From positions 96,001-160,000 of the IMG/VR virus record IMGVR_UViG_3300032319_000936: a DNA stretch of 64,000 nt. One strand, written 5' to 3'. The notes under the pieces were generated by a model. That model was not told the origin of the DNA. It made no database searches and saw only the letters and a list, made by a program, of their open reading frames with translations. Position numbers and translations under genes: made by a program. Source of the stretch: a virus (Duplodnaviria > Caudoviricetes). This document shows, in pieces, positions 39,043 to 48,138 of this stretch. How positions within the stretch are numbered: position 1 is the stretch's first letter; each line of letters begins with the position of its first letter.

Positions 39043-40099
39043 CAATAAAGTATCCCAAGTCCAATACATCGTCAGTAAAGTAATTTTCGAATCTTCTGAT
39101 TTTCTTACCCGTCTTTCTCAGATGGATAACAAGATCGTTCAAATCCCATTTTCTATTCTTTGTTATAGTGTGATCTTCTAAAAATTTTCCCCAGTTAAAC
39201 ACCTTAAATCCAGATGTGAGTAACTCTATGGATTTATTAAGCCCAGCCTTATCCCAATCATACCAGAATCTAATATTCTCGACATCAAATGGAAATCTAT
39301 TTTCAACTGAACAAAGTCCCACTGAATTTTTCCAAAGCCAAGAATCCATCGGTCCTTCGAATATTGTTATATCTTCCCCAAAGTCAATTGTAGCAACATT
39401 GAAAACAGATGAGATAGGATCTATTTTTCGGCAGCCATCCAGGAATTCACTGTCCTTACAGAATAGAAGTTTTTCCCATATTCCACTTAGTTTATAAGTC
39501 AGATACTTAGAAGATCCCTTTATTGAATTCATATTTCTCAACTGAAGTCCAATTATTTTGTCTTCCTTGTTAAGATTGAAAAGGAATAGTTTCTCCTTCT
39601 TAGGATCCCATGCAAATCTATTGTCTACAGACTGGTATCTCTTTCTTAGGTATCTTTCTATAGGTTGACCTGATACATCCTTTAAACCCAGGCTTTCCAT
39701 AAATTGTGACCTCGGTATAATGAACTTGTTGATGTCATCTTCGAAGAACATGGAGATATCAGTAGAGCCTATTATCGGTCTTCTCTTATCTCTATTTTCA
39801 TCTAAGATCTTCTTAATCTCAGAAACCTCATCTCTGGATAGCTTTCCATAAACCCCAAATTCATTAAAGAAGGATAAGGAGGATTTAAAAACTCCGCATC
39901 CCCCATTATAGCATTTATATGCCTGCGTGTCCATATAGAAGTTACCTCTTTTCTTTCTGGCGTCATTAGAGTCTCCGCAATATGGGCACGAGAAATTAAG
40001 ACGGTTTCCCGAAGAGTATATCCTCTGTTTACTGGAGGATCCAGGAAATTCCCTACTGAGGACTTCCCTGACGAGTGATTCTATTTTGCTAGGTTCCAT
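39035..40099 (-). CDS. DNA primase (gp61-like)
   Basis: NFSCPYCGDS...KCYNGGC zinc ribbon, IFEGPMDS and WYDWDKAG TOPRIM, DLND. Start moved to ATG 40099, downstream of the terminator. Confidence 0.92.
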   Translation of the reverse strand: MEPSKIESLVREVLSREFPGSSSKQRIYSSGNRLNFSCPYCGDSNDARKKRGNFYMDTQAYKCYNGGCGVFKSSLSFFNEFGVYGKLSRDEVSEIKKILDENRDKRRPIIGSTDISMFFEDDINKFIIPRSQFMESLGLKDVSGQPIERYLRKRYQSVDNRFAWDPKKEKLFLFNLNKEDKIIGLQLRNMNSIKGSSKYLTYKLSGIWEKLLFCKDSEFLDGCRKIDPISSVFNVATIDFGEDITIFEGPMDSWLWKNSVGLCSVENRFPFDVENIRFWYDWDKAGLNKSIELLTSGFKVFNWGKFLEDHTITKNRKWDLNDLVIHLRKTGKKIRRFENYFTDDVLDLGYFIDG

Positions 40100-40104
40100 T
40101 GGAC

Positions 40105-40138
40105 AAAAAACAACCGGAGAACTCAAGCTCTCCGGTTG
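40105..40138 (-). terminator. Intrinsic terminator after SSB gene
   Basis: CAACCGGAGA/TCTCCGGTTG stem plus U6. Confidence 0.8.
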
Positions 40139-40153
40139 ATATTGTTTTAAATC

Positions 40154-41149
40154 TTATAGATCTGCGTATAAATCTTCTAGTGAAGAAGATCCACCTGAAC
40201 TCTTAGGTGTCTCAGATTTTAAGAAATCTGAATTTGGCTTCATAGAATCTGAGTTTGTTGTTACCTCAGTATAGAAGTCGGAGGATTCGCTAGTAGCTTT
40301 GTCTTCTTTAAAAGGTGCTTTAGCTGGGCCGGAAGAAGTCACATTAGAAGATGCATTGGATACACCACTAACAATCTCGTTAATAAGTCTTCCGTCTGGT
40401 ACTGTGCTTCTGATGACGCCCATTACTTTTTCGGTTAAATTATCATCCCACTCCTTGTATTCGAAAGATCCAAGATTTTGAGGACCGGTCTTCAAATACT
40501 CAAGAACGCTATTCATTCCCTCTTGTGTTTTCTCCATCTTGTTACCATCGATGGTGATTGGTCCTCTCTCGCCTACAAATTGGCAAAGATCGTAGTTGTT
40601 CCATTCTCCAACTTTTCTAACGCTAACTCCGAAAAGTTTACCGTCGAATAAGTCATATGGGTTGCACGGATCACCATACTCTGGCTTCAATTGTGCCTCT
40701 ACCATATCATTGATCTTCTTACCAAATTTCCAGATCATTATTTTACCCTCTAATTCAGGTCTATTCTTATCCTGTACTACTTGTACTAAGGAATAATAGT
40801 CCTCCTTTCTAGAGAATTTCTTAGCCAACTCCTGATCTGCAGCAGAGTGAGAGTTCTTAAGCTTCCAGAAGATGTCTTTTAAAATAGACTTCTTACCAAC
40901 TGTAGATGGGCAATCTACAGAAAAACCGTCTCCGCTTTGCGGATCGTTCAAATACACGTAGTATTTGTGGACCTTAGATTTCTTAGGATCTGCAGAATTT
41001 GGTACAAAGCGGATAAGTGCTTTATACACTCCGTCCTTACCATCCTCTGGGTACGGCTTGTAAAATTCCAAATCCTTAGATTCTCCAGATTTTGTCTTGG
41101 TTACGAACATGTCGCCATCAAGATTGAAAATGTCATTCAAGTTACTCAT
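40154..41149 (-). CDS. Single-stranded DNA-binding protein (gp32-like)
   Basis: ALIRFVP, CPSTVG, PELEGKIMIWKFGKKI, NYD, and acidic tail LEDLYADL. Confidence 0.9.
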   Translation of the reverse strand: MSNLNDIFNLDGDMFVTKTKSGESKDLEFYKPYPEDGKDGVYKALIRFVPNSADPKKSKVHKYYVYLNDPQSGDGFSVDCPSTVGKKSILKDIFWKLKNSHSAADQELAKKFSRKEDYYSLVQVVQDKNRPELEGKIMIWKFGKKINDMVEAQLKPEYGDPCNPYDLFDGKLFGVSVRKVGEWNNYDLCQFVGERGPITIDGNKMEKTQEGMNSVLEYLKTGPQNLGSFEYKEWDDNLTEKVMGVIRSTVPDGRLINEIVSGVSNASSNVTSSGPAKAPFKEDKATSESSDFYTEVTTNSDSMKPNSDFLKSETPKSSGGSSSLEDLYADL

Positions 41150-41299
41150 AATTTTTAATTGTTTTTTATTTAAGTTTAATTACTTACTTTTGTTTCGTGG
41201 CTATTGCAAAGGACATTGATAATTTGGCCCATTCTAGACGGGTTTCCAAATTTTAATAAGTCGCTATTGATTTTAGATACAGCTGCAGAACGCTGCTGA

Positions 41300-42022
41300 T
41301 CAGGCTTTAGCCAGTTTCTTTTTTTTGCTCTTAGTTTTCTCCAAATTTTTCTCATTCTTACCTTCTAATATTTCTCTTAAATATAATAAAATCCAAGTTG
41401 CATCTACCAAATCATCAACTGGCTTATTTACAGCTTTAGCTCCTGTAACCCATTCAGATTTATTGTCTGCTAGTGTTTTACAAAAATTATCCAAGTTTGT
41501 TCCATCTTTTTCTCTATTACTCAAAGCTTCATATAATTCGTCCTTCTTAGCATTACCTTTTAAAGCGAATTTTTTTATAGAGGTTGGAGAAAAAACATAA
41601 AAATTATCACTTCCTATATGACTACATATTCTTTCTCTTAATAATGCTGTAGCCATTGATATATCAATCAGTGCATTACCATTAGAGGAAAAACTAAGTC
41701 CTTCCATAGCTATCTTAACCTCCTCCTCTCTATTGTCTATTACGTCACGGATGCCGTTCCATAAAGTCAAAACAACATCCAGAAAATAGTCGATCTTTAT
41801 TCTTTCCCTTTCAGAATATTCATCAGGGATAGGTTTTCTATCTAGAAACTCTATCCTGAAATCAGAACTAGCAGATAGAACAGAATAGGGTTTCTTTGCG
41901 TTTTTCAAAAGAGAATCCCGGTCTCTATCAGACCTAGTGATTGAACCCCAGTGGTACTTACCGTCAGCTAGTATACAAAAAGCAGGTGAGTTTAAGGAAA
42001 AATCTATTCCTACTAGAATCAT
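41300..42022 (-). CDS. RuvC-like Holliday junction resolvase
   Basis: GIDFSLNSPA, MEGLSF, PTSIKKFA..GNAKK, DDLVDA. Confidence 0.8.
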   Translation of the reverse strand: MILVGIDFSLNSPAFCILADGKYHWGSITRSDRDRDSLLKNAKKPYSVLSASSDFRIEFLDRKPIPDEYSERERIKIDYFLDVVLTLWNGIRDVIDNREEEVKIAMEGLSFSSNGNALIDISMATALLRERICSHIGSDNFYVFSPTSIKKFALKGNAKKDELYEALSNREKDGTNLDNFCKTLADNKSEWVTGAKAVNKPVDDLVDATWILLYLREILEGKNEKNLEKTKSKKKKLAKA

Positions 42023-42025
42023 AAA

Positions 42026-42268
42026 TTAGGCTTTTGGCTTCAGTTCGACTCTTTGTCCAGCTGCGCCAGTGTATCCATAAACCTTGATAAGTTTATTGTA
42101 GCACTTCTTCATTTGATCCTCTGATAGACAGTTTACAATGTCAATCAAAACTCTTTGATCATTTCCGGAAGCTGCTACAAGCAAGTCCATCATGTTTTCT
42201 TTGGAGTTTATAAGAGGTTGTGCAAACTCCATTTCGTTTAATTCCTTAACTGTTGAAAATTTCTTCAT
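42026..42268 (-). CDS. Hypothetical protein
   Basis: MKKFSTVKELNE; GATATATA at 42289-42296. Confidence 0.65.
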   Translation of the reverse strand: MKKFSTVKELNEMEFAQPLINSKENMMDLLVAASGNDQRVLIDIVNCLSEDQMKKCYNKLIKVYGYTGAAGQRVELKPKA

Positions 42269-42294
42269 CTTGTTTAAATTTCTTTATGTATATA

Positions 42295-42852
42295 TCAAAC
42301 TCCCTCTTTGGCTTCCAGATGTATCTCAATGAAGTTACACGAGAAGTTAAGTGTAAAAGTTTGAACCTCCGGAGAGTTTTGTGTGTAACCTAATGTGAGG
42401 TTAGAGATGGCTGTAAGAATAGTCTTCTTGAAACCCACTGTGGAAACTATATTACCGTTATTGTCCATCAATCTGATACTTAAATCGTAATCATACTGTA
42501 TTGGATTTTTAAAATCAAGGTACCAAAGCAGCGTGTCCATCATAACCAGATAGTTAATATAGCCATCGAGAAGCTTGAATGTAACAGTGAAATCCTGAGT
42601 GAATAAATCCTGGATTGGCACTGAACCCTTATATCTTTGCTTCTTACCAAGATATCTTGTCTGTTCCACAGTACCAGACTGTAGCTCCGGAAAGGTTATA
42701 GATTGTATCGTACTATTCATCATTTGTGCAATAGTATCGTACGGAATGGGTTGCTTCCTTAAATAAGGAAGGTATTTATTAGTTACGCTCTCAGGAAAAA
42801 ATCCTTTAGGAAAGACGAAGTAAAAATTACTACCTTTGGAATTAAGAATCAT
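42295..42852 (-). CDS. Tail-tube/tail-completion-like structural protein
   Basis: About 185 aa with beta pattern QSITFP...FTVTF...LTLGY...FTLNF, at the edge of the structural block. Confidence 0.55.
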   Translation of the reverse strand: MILNSKGSNFYFVFPKGFFPESVTNKYLPYLRKQPIPYDTIAQMMNSTIQSITFPELQSGTVEQTRYLGKKQRYKGSVPIQDLFTQDFTVTFKLLDGYINYLVMMDTLLWYLDFKNPIQYDYDLSIRLMDNNGNIVSTVGFKKTILTAISNLTLGYTQNSPEVQTFTLNFSCNFIEIHLEAKEGV

Positions 42853-42858
42853 CTATCC

Positions 42859-43455
42859 TTATCTATTTTTTTTAGTCAGAAGAGAACTGACATTAATTAT
42901 ACTCCCAGCAGCCTGGATAAACAAATCAGGGGTCAAGCCTGGAAATTGCTTATACCCAAGATTTCCCGGTGTTAGGAAATATGCTATTGTAGCAGCATCT
43001 GTCCACCCCGATGATTTAAAAGCACTAACTATACCAGATACACCTTGAATAATCTCGGCGTTTGTAAAAGGAGACGTTGATGCTGCTGCTGTTGTTTTCG
43101 TTTGTGTCTTTGTGGGATCCGCTTTATATGCCCCTGTTAATCCTGCTTGAGGGCCTATGCTATAAAGAAAAGATCCCGCTGAGGTTACTTTCTGTAATAG
43201 CTCTTGAGGACTAGTCACTGCGGTTGTTTTTGGTGCTGTCGCAGGTCCTGTTGCTGCCGTCACGCCAACCTGTATTGATTCGCTTACTATAGCTGAACCT
43301 GGGATGCTGTAAGTTGTTCCAGTAGGCTTCCAGTAACCCCAATACACAACAGATATCGGTAAATTACTAGGAGCATCCGGGCGGGTAGAAACGACCTGTG
43401 GGGTTGCCTTTCCCCCAACAACGGAATACTGGGATTTTTTTCTTGATACTGCCAT
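42859..43455 (-). CDS. Hypothetical T/A/S-rich structural protein
   Basis: Composition and position. Confidence 0.6.
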   Translation of the reverse strand: MAVSRKKSQYSVVGGKATPQVVSTRPDAPSNLPISVVYWGYWKPTGTTYSIPGSAIVSESIQVGVTAATGPATAPKTTAVTSPQELLQKVTSAGSFLYSIGPQAGLTGAYKADPTKTQTKTTAAASTSPFTNAEIIQGVSGIVSAFKSSGWTDAATIAYFLTPGNLGYKQFPGLTPDLFIQAAGSIINVSSLLTKKNR

Positions 43456-43466
43456 TTCTAAATTTA

Positions 43467-45242
43467 TTATTTATTTTTCGTAACTGTAACGTTCACATTA
43501 GGGCTCGTTTGTACGCTGGTTACAGTACTAACTGGGTCTCCCCCCTGAGTTATGAAAAACCTACGATCGTTTAGCTGAAGTATGGTTCCGGATATAGAAT
43601 CGTCCATCCTGAAAGCAACTTCTCCCTTAGAAGGATTAGCTAAATTCTTATCTCGTAATGAAGGCACATATATCTTCTTTCCTGTGTTGTCTATAAACAC
43701 CATCCTATAGTTTACGGTGTCACCTAAATCTATTTCAACCGGAGCACCATCAGATCCGCTCTTGTACAGCTTAAACTTATAATAGTTATCAAAAGGTGTA
43801 ACATCCACGACTAATCTTCCAGCCGGTTGAGCTGTGGTTGGAGCCGCAGATGTATCATTCTGAATAGATCCATTACGAATAATAAGCGGTATATTAGTGG
43901 TTGATATTATATTATAATTAATGAAAAGATTATTGGTCCTAACTATCTCAGTTGGTGTTGGGTTGGATTGCCCAGGAACTGTGAGTGAAGCTTGATTATA
44001 GACCTTATTATAGATCTTCATCACCTGAGGGAAAGTATTTAGCTGTATTGGAGAAATATTAGGTCCCCATTGCCCAGGGTTATTAGAAGTGTATGTTCCT
44101 ATTCTAACCACACGGGAGTTATCCACAGTGTTTACTAGAGACATTGTATACTTAAGGGTGAAGCTTGCAGCCACCGCAGAATTCCTAACTATGGGTCTAT
44201 AGAAATTAGGAACGTCGTATCCTGTTGTCTGTATAGTCTGAAAAGTATTGGTAGTAATAAGAGCAACACCTATCTGCTCCAAAGTTTCTATCTGGTGGTT
44301 GATATAGTAGTTGTTTCCAATAGAATTCTGGAAAAGTATAAAATCCTCTATGAACCCTTGATTATCTGTTGCAAAATATTCAAAAAATTGGCCAGATGCT
44401 GACTCCTTAATAACCGCACCTATATTAGCAAATGGGTCTTCGCTCTCTAGTGAAAGAGCAGAGATTAATTCAGAGTCATATTTCTCGTAACCAAGATAGT
44501 CTACTTTGTTAGCTACACTCCAAACCTCCATTCTAATCGGGGATGCATAAACATATCCTTTACCACTTTGACTGGTCAGTGCTGCAAGGGTTTGGCTTCT
44601 AAATGAAGCAGCGGCTGCCTGATACTTATTATTCATATCAGCCAAGCTTGGTACTTTGACCTCAAAATATCTATCATAGATATTAGCACCTATTTTAAGA
44701 GGGCTAGGATTGAGGGTATATGCTTGCTGCGTTCCTTTCTGTATCAGTACCTGTGAGAATGTCACGAAGGTCTGATTAACGTCCTGATATTTCACATTTA
44801 TAATAACACCGCCTATATTAGATAGGTTATAACCTGCAACAATGTGATATCTTATAGAATCGTAAACAACCTCTATGTTACCAGGAAAAGTTATTTGCAA
44901 TTCATTGGTGGGTGTTAACTTATCGGTGAAGTCATTGAAAGGTATGATCAATCCAGGATCAAGAGTAACGAAAGAGTTAGTCGAGATCTGAACCACACTA
45001 TTTTCTCCAGTATTATGTGTTACCGGATAATTCTCATTAAGATTGTAAATCTGATTGGTCGGGACAATAGCTGAATTGTTTACAATGGCTGTAATGTATT
45101 CATTTACCATCTTATTAAATCCCACTGTTACGGTACCTGTGTTTACCGGATAGGTCTCAGGGTTTGGTTGGTCAGCATACATCCACTCCATTAGCAGATA
45201 TGGTGTAAGCTGAACAAATTTAGATGTTGTACTATAAGCCAC
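43467..45242 (-). CDS. Putative virion structural protein
   Basis: 591-aa beta-rich ORF within the structural operon. Confidence 0.65.
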   Translation of the reverse strand: MAYSTTSKFVQLTPYLLMEWMYADQPNPETYPVNTGTVTVGFNKMVNEYITAIVNNSAIVPTNQIYNLNENYPVTHNTGENSVVQISTNSFVTLDPGLIIPFNDFTDKLTPTNELQITFPGNIEVVYDSIRYHIVAGYNLSNIGGVIINVKYQDVNQTFVTFSQVLIQKGTQQAYTLNPSPLKIGANIYDRYFEVKVPSLADMNNKYQAAAASFRSQTLAALTSQSGKGYVYASPIRMEVWSVANKVDYLGYEKYDSELISALSLESEDPFANIGAVIKESASGQFFEYFATDNQGFIEDFILFQNSIGNNYYINHQIETLEQIGVALITTNTFQTIQTTGYDVPNFYRPIVRNSAVAASFTLKYTMSLVNTVDNSRVVRIGTYTSNNPGQWGPNISPIQLNTFPQVMKIYNKVYNQASLTVPGQSNPTPTEIVRTNNLFINYNIISTTNIPLIIRNGSIQNDTSAAPTTAQPAGRLVVDVTPFDNYYKFKLYKSGSDGAPVEIDLGDTVNYRMVFIDNTGKKIYVPSLRDKNLANPSKGEVAFRMDDSISGTILQLNDRRFFITQGGDPVSTVTSVQTSPNVNVTVTKNK

Positions 45243-45255
45243 TTTTAATCAATTA

Positions 45256-46119
45256 TTATTTAAAACCATCTGTTTGCAAAAACTTGGGAGAGAAATGAAA
45301 TCCCGCACCAATATAAACACCAGGAGAAATACCACCTGCACCGACCACATAGCCAAATCCCACATTTAATCCAAGGCCGAATCTCTTTCTTTCCTGCATT
45401 AAAGTTTTTCTGTTCTCCGGGGTATCCTTTATTTGAAATGAGTTAATATCGCTAAAAGTTATACCGGGATAGTCAGTGGATACCCTCGTCATTAGTCTTT
45501 TAGTTTTAGGATCTCTATAAAGTCCTGAAACTATGGATATTTGCTGTTCCATACTAATCTCTGCGGAGTTAGTGATTAGATTAGCACTTACTATCTTAGG
45601 ATCATTTTCATCCTGATTTATCTTGATCTCATATGGGATCTTACCGGAAATCTTCAATGAATTCTGACCAGGTAGTGTTGGATTATGTGTAAAAGTTACA
45701 TACTCCTGACCCGACTGATCTTTATGTACCTTAGTTGGTACGTCTCTAAAAACATCAACATACTTAACAACAGTCTGTATTACAACCTCTGGTGTTTTTT
45801 TCTTGGATAAATCCAGCTTATTTATTAGGTCCTTGTTATCATCAGATAATTCAGACATCTTTAGTTCATAAGCAGATTTCTCATTAACCAGATTGCCATT
45901 CTTATTGGAGATAAATCTCACCGAATCCTGAGAGGCCAATAAATTATTATGCTCTCTTTTTGCTTCAGCTTCAATTCTATCGCTTACGTTACATTGTCTA
46001 AGTAACAGCAAAGCTAAAATAGCAGCTGCTATAACAAAACCATTTCTTTTAAGAAACGAATAGGATTTTCCCTTTATTGTTTCTTCGTTATCCTTGATAA
46101 CTTGCTTCAGATTTTTCAT
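45256..46119 (-). CDS. Putative spanin-like lysis protein
   Basis: N-terminal TM helix followed by Cys, a coiled coil, and a C-terminal amphipathic Gly/aromatic beta hairpin (RFGLGLNVGFGY...GVYIGAGFHF). Confidence 0.5.
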   Translation of the reverse strand: MKNLKQVIKDNEETIKGKSYSFLKRNGFVIAAAILALLLLRQCNVSDRIEAEAKREHNNLLASQDSVRFISNKNGNLVNEKSAYELKMSELSDDNKDLINKLDLSKKKTPEVVIQTVVKYVDVFRDVPTKVHKDQSGQEYVTFTHNPTLPGQNSLKISGKIPYEIKINQDENDPKIVSANLITNSAEISMEQQISIVSGLYRDPKTKRLMTRVSTDYPGITFSDINSFQIKDTPENRKTLMQERKRFGLGLNVGFGYVVGAGGISPGVYIGAGFHFSPKFLQTDGFK

Positions 46120-46366
46120 TTTCTTCTATTTTTTTCCACTTCAAAGAGAAAATGTCAATTTGTCCCTTTCCGTATTTTTCAGAAAGCTGATCTAGAAAAT
46201 TTAATTCCTCTGACCTTTTTCCCTCTAAATCCTTAATGAGTATCTCAGTTTTTTCTGAGAAATCCTTCATCATTTTCTCTATCTCACCTATTTCAGAATG
46301 CAATTTCTTATAGGTTCTAGATAGATCAAGAACATAATCTCTTTCCTCTTTTGTTAAATCAATCAT
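46088..46366 (-). CDS. Small coiled-coil protein (possible fibre chaperone)
   Basis: Heptad pattern ending KYGKGQIDI. Confidence 0.55.
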   Translation of the reverse strand: MIDLTKEERDYVLDLSRTYKKLHSEIGEIEKMMKDFSEKTEILIKDLEGKRSEELNFLDQLSEKYGKGQIDIFSLKWKKIEENEKSEASYQG

Positions 46367-46400
46367 ATTTATCTATAGTTTAAAAGTATCCCATTTTATA

Positions 46401-48131
46401 TTAAGGGAAGCTCATTAGAGCTGCTAATGGTTCACCAGAAAGAATCGTAACTTTTGATGTGTAGTTTGTTATTCTTAATGGATAGCTTTGTCCCGAGCAT
46501 GTTTTCACATAAGCCATAACTTGATTGTTATTGTTATAATGATACATTATATCAAAATAATAGCAAGGTGTTCCGAAAGTAACGAATTGCTCTTGGTATG
46601 TAGACTGTGTCGTTCCAGATATGTTTGTTAATTGATCCCACACTACGCCGACTATCTTTCGGTTAACGTTTGTAAAACTACCATAGTCAAGGAATATTCT
46701 GAATTCGTTAACATAAGAGGAACCATATAAAGGGTAGCCCTCTGGTTGCTGCGGATTTGTTACTGTCCTTGGTATTTTTACATAAACAGAATTCCCTCCC
46801 CGCCATGATGCGGGTAAAGTGAAAGTTACAGTATCTGTGTAAAAATTAGAAACGGAAGAAACGTCAGCGAAATATCTTAAATTTGCTGGTAATGTATTAG
46901 CTGCAATATAAAAACTTCCAGACTGTGCTGCAATCTGAGTGTTACCTACAACATGATACGAGAACGGACCGGTAGGCCCTGTCGGAACTCCAGATGTCCA
47001 TATATTATAAGAGGCGTAGCCATCACCGGTGGCTCCAAATACTGCTCTAGATCTAACGTCCCTGTATGCAACACCGGTTAGCGGATCAACCTCATCCAGT
47101 ATAGCAGTTGATTGTTCAATACTGAAAACCTGTCTCCACTCGTCACCGGGGCTAGTATACTCTAGCTCCGACGAGAACTGTGTTGTATAAAACCTAGCCA
47201 TCGCATTACTAGAAGTCGCTCCTCTGCTTATAACTACACCCTCTTTGCTACTCGCTACAGAAGCTGCAGGCTCTATATTTATTTCTCCATACACATACGT
47301 TTCCATAGATGCATTTAGTTGGCTGCTTGTAAGCTGATAGTTATTTGTCTGTATCTGTAGACTTCCAGTAGAAGAGAAAGTAACAGATGACATCGTAATA
47401 TCATTATAAGCATTAAAATATGCTCTCTGAGCGGACATGTTAGTATATCCTGAATATTGAGGATAGATTAGGAGGGATCCATTATTAGACGCCACATTGA
47501 AATCGTAATTACTATTGAAATTTACTCTAGAATTATTCCCCGTTTGATCCCAGTAAAAAGAAGGTTGTGAGGTAGAAGAACTATTTGATTTACGGAAAGA
47601 AAAAATGGGGGTAGCTGACTGATCATTCGTGCTAATTAGAAGCTTTGAATAATTAGGATTTATGTAGCTAGCTGTGTTTCCGCCATCAGATATCACCAAA
47701 GATTTGTTATTCTGATTAGAATTTGAAAAATAGATAGCTGAATATTCGGTAGGCGCAGAAAAAGTAGGTATATCGTTTTTGACCTGGAAGAATTGTGATT
47801 CGGTCAGGGATATTCCTGTGCTTTGCCAGTTTGTACCGTCATACTGATACACGTTACCATTACCGGTTACCCCTTGGTCTATCCATTGGTCATATTCATT
47901 AGCATTGTCTGGTGGAGTGACACTAAGTGTCCAGGAAGAAGCTCTTTGACCGCTCACTCCTGTTGCTCCCAATTGTCCAGCTCCACCCGGATACCCTGTA
48001 GGTCCTACTACACCTGACCTCCCATAAGGACCAGCAGAAAAAGAAACGATCTGAGAAAAGTTCTCATTTATCTTGTCTACTATGAGATCTTTAGTGTCTC
48101 CAGTGAATATTTGTTTATTACTAAATCTCAT
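46401..48131 (-). CDS. Tail fibre/spike-like protein, paralog 1
   Basis: GDTKDLIVDKINENFSQ + collagen + GQRASSW module; true start probably MRFSNK at 48131. Confidence 0.7.
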   Translation of the reverse strand: MRFSNKQIFTGDTKDLIVDKINENFSQIVSFSAGPYGRSGVVGPTGYPGGAGQLGATGVSGQRASSWTLSVTPPDNANEYDQWIDQGVTGNGNVYQYDGTNWQSTGISLTESQFFQVKNDIPTFSAPTEYSAIYFSNSNQNNKSLVISDGGNTASYINPNYSKLLISTNDQSATPIFSFRKSNSSSTSQPSFYWDQTGNNSRVNFNSNYDFNVASNNGSLLIYPQYSGYTNMSAQRAYFNAYNDITMSSVTFSSTGSLQIQTNNYQLTSSQLNASMETYVYGEINIEPAASVASSKEGVVISRGATSSNAMARFYTTQFSSELEYTSPGDEWRQVFSIEQSTAILDEVDPLTGVAYRDVRSRAVFGATGDGYASYNIWTSGVPTGPTGPFSYHVVGNTQIAAQSGSFYIAANTLPANLRYFADVSSVSNFYTDTVTFTLPASWRGGNSVYVKIPRTVTNPQQPEGYPLYGSSYVNEFRIFLDYGSFTNVNRKIVGVVWDQLTNISGTTQSTYQEQFVTFGTPCYYFDIMYHYNNNNQVMAYVKTCSGQSYPLRITNYTSKVTILSGEPLAALMSFP

Positions 48132-48138
48132 TTTATTT

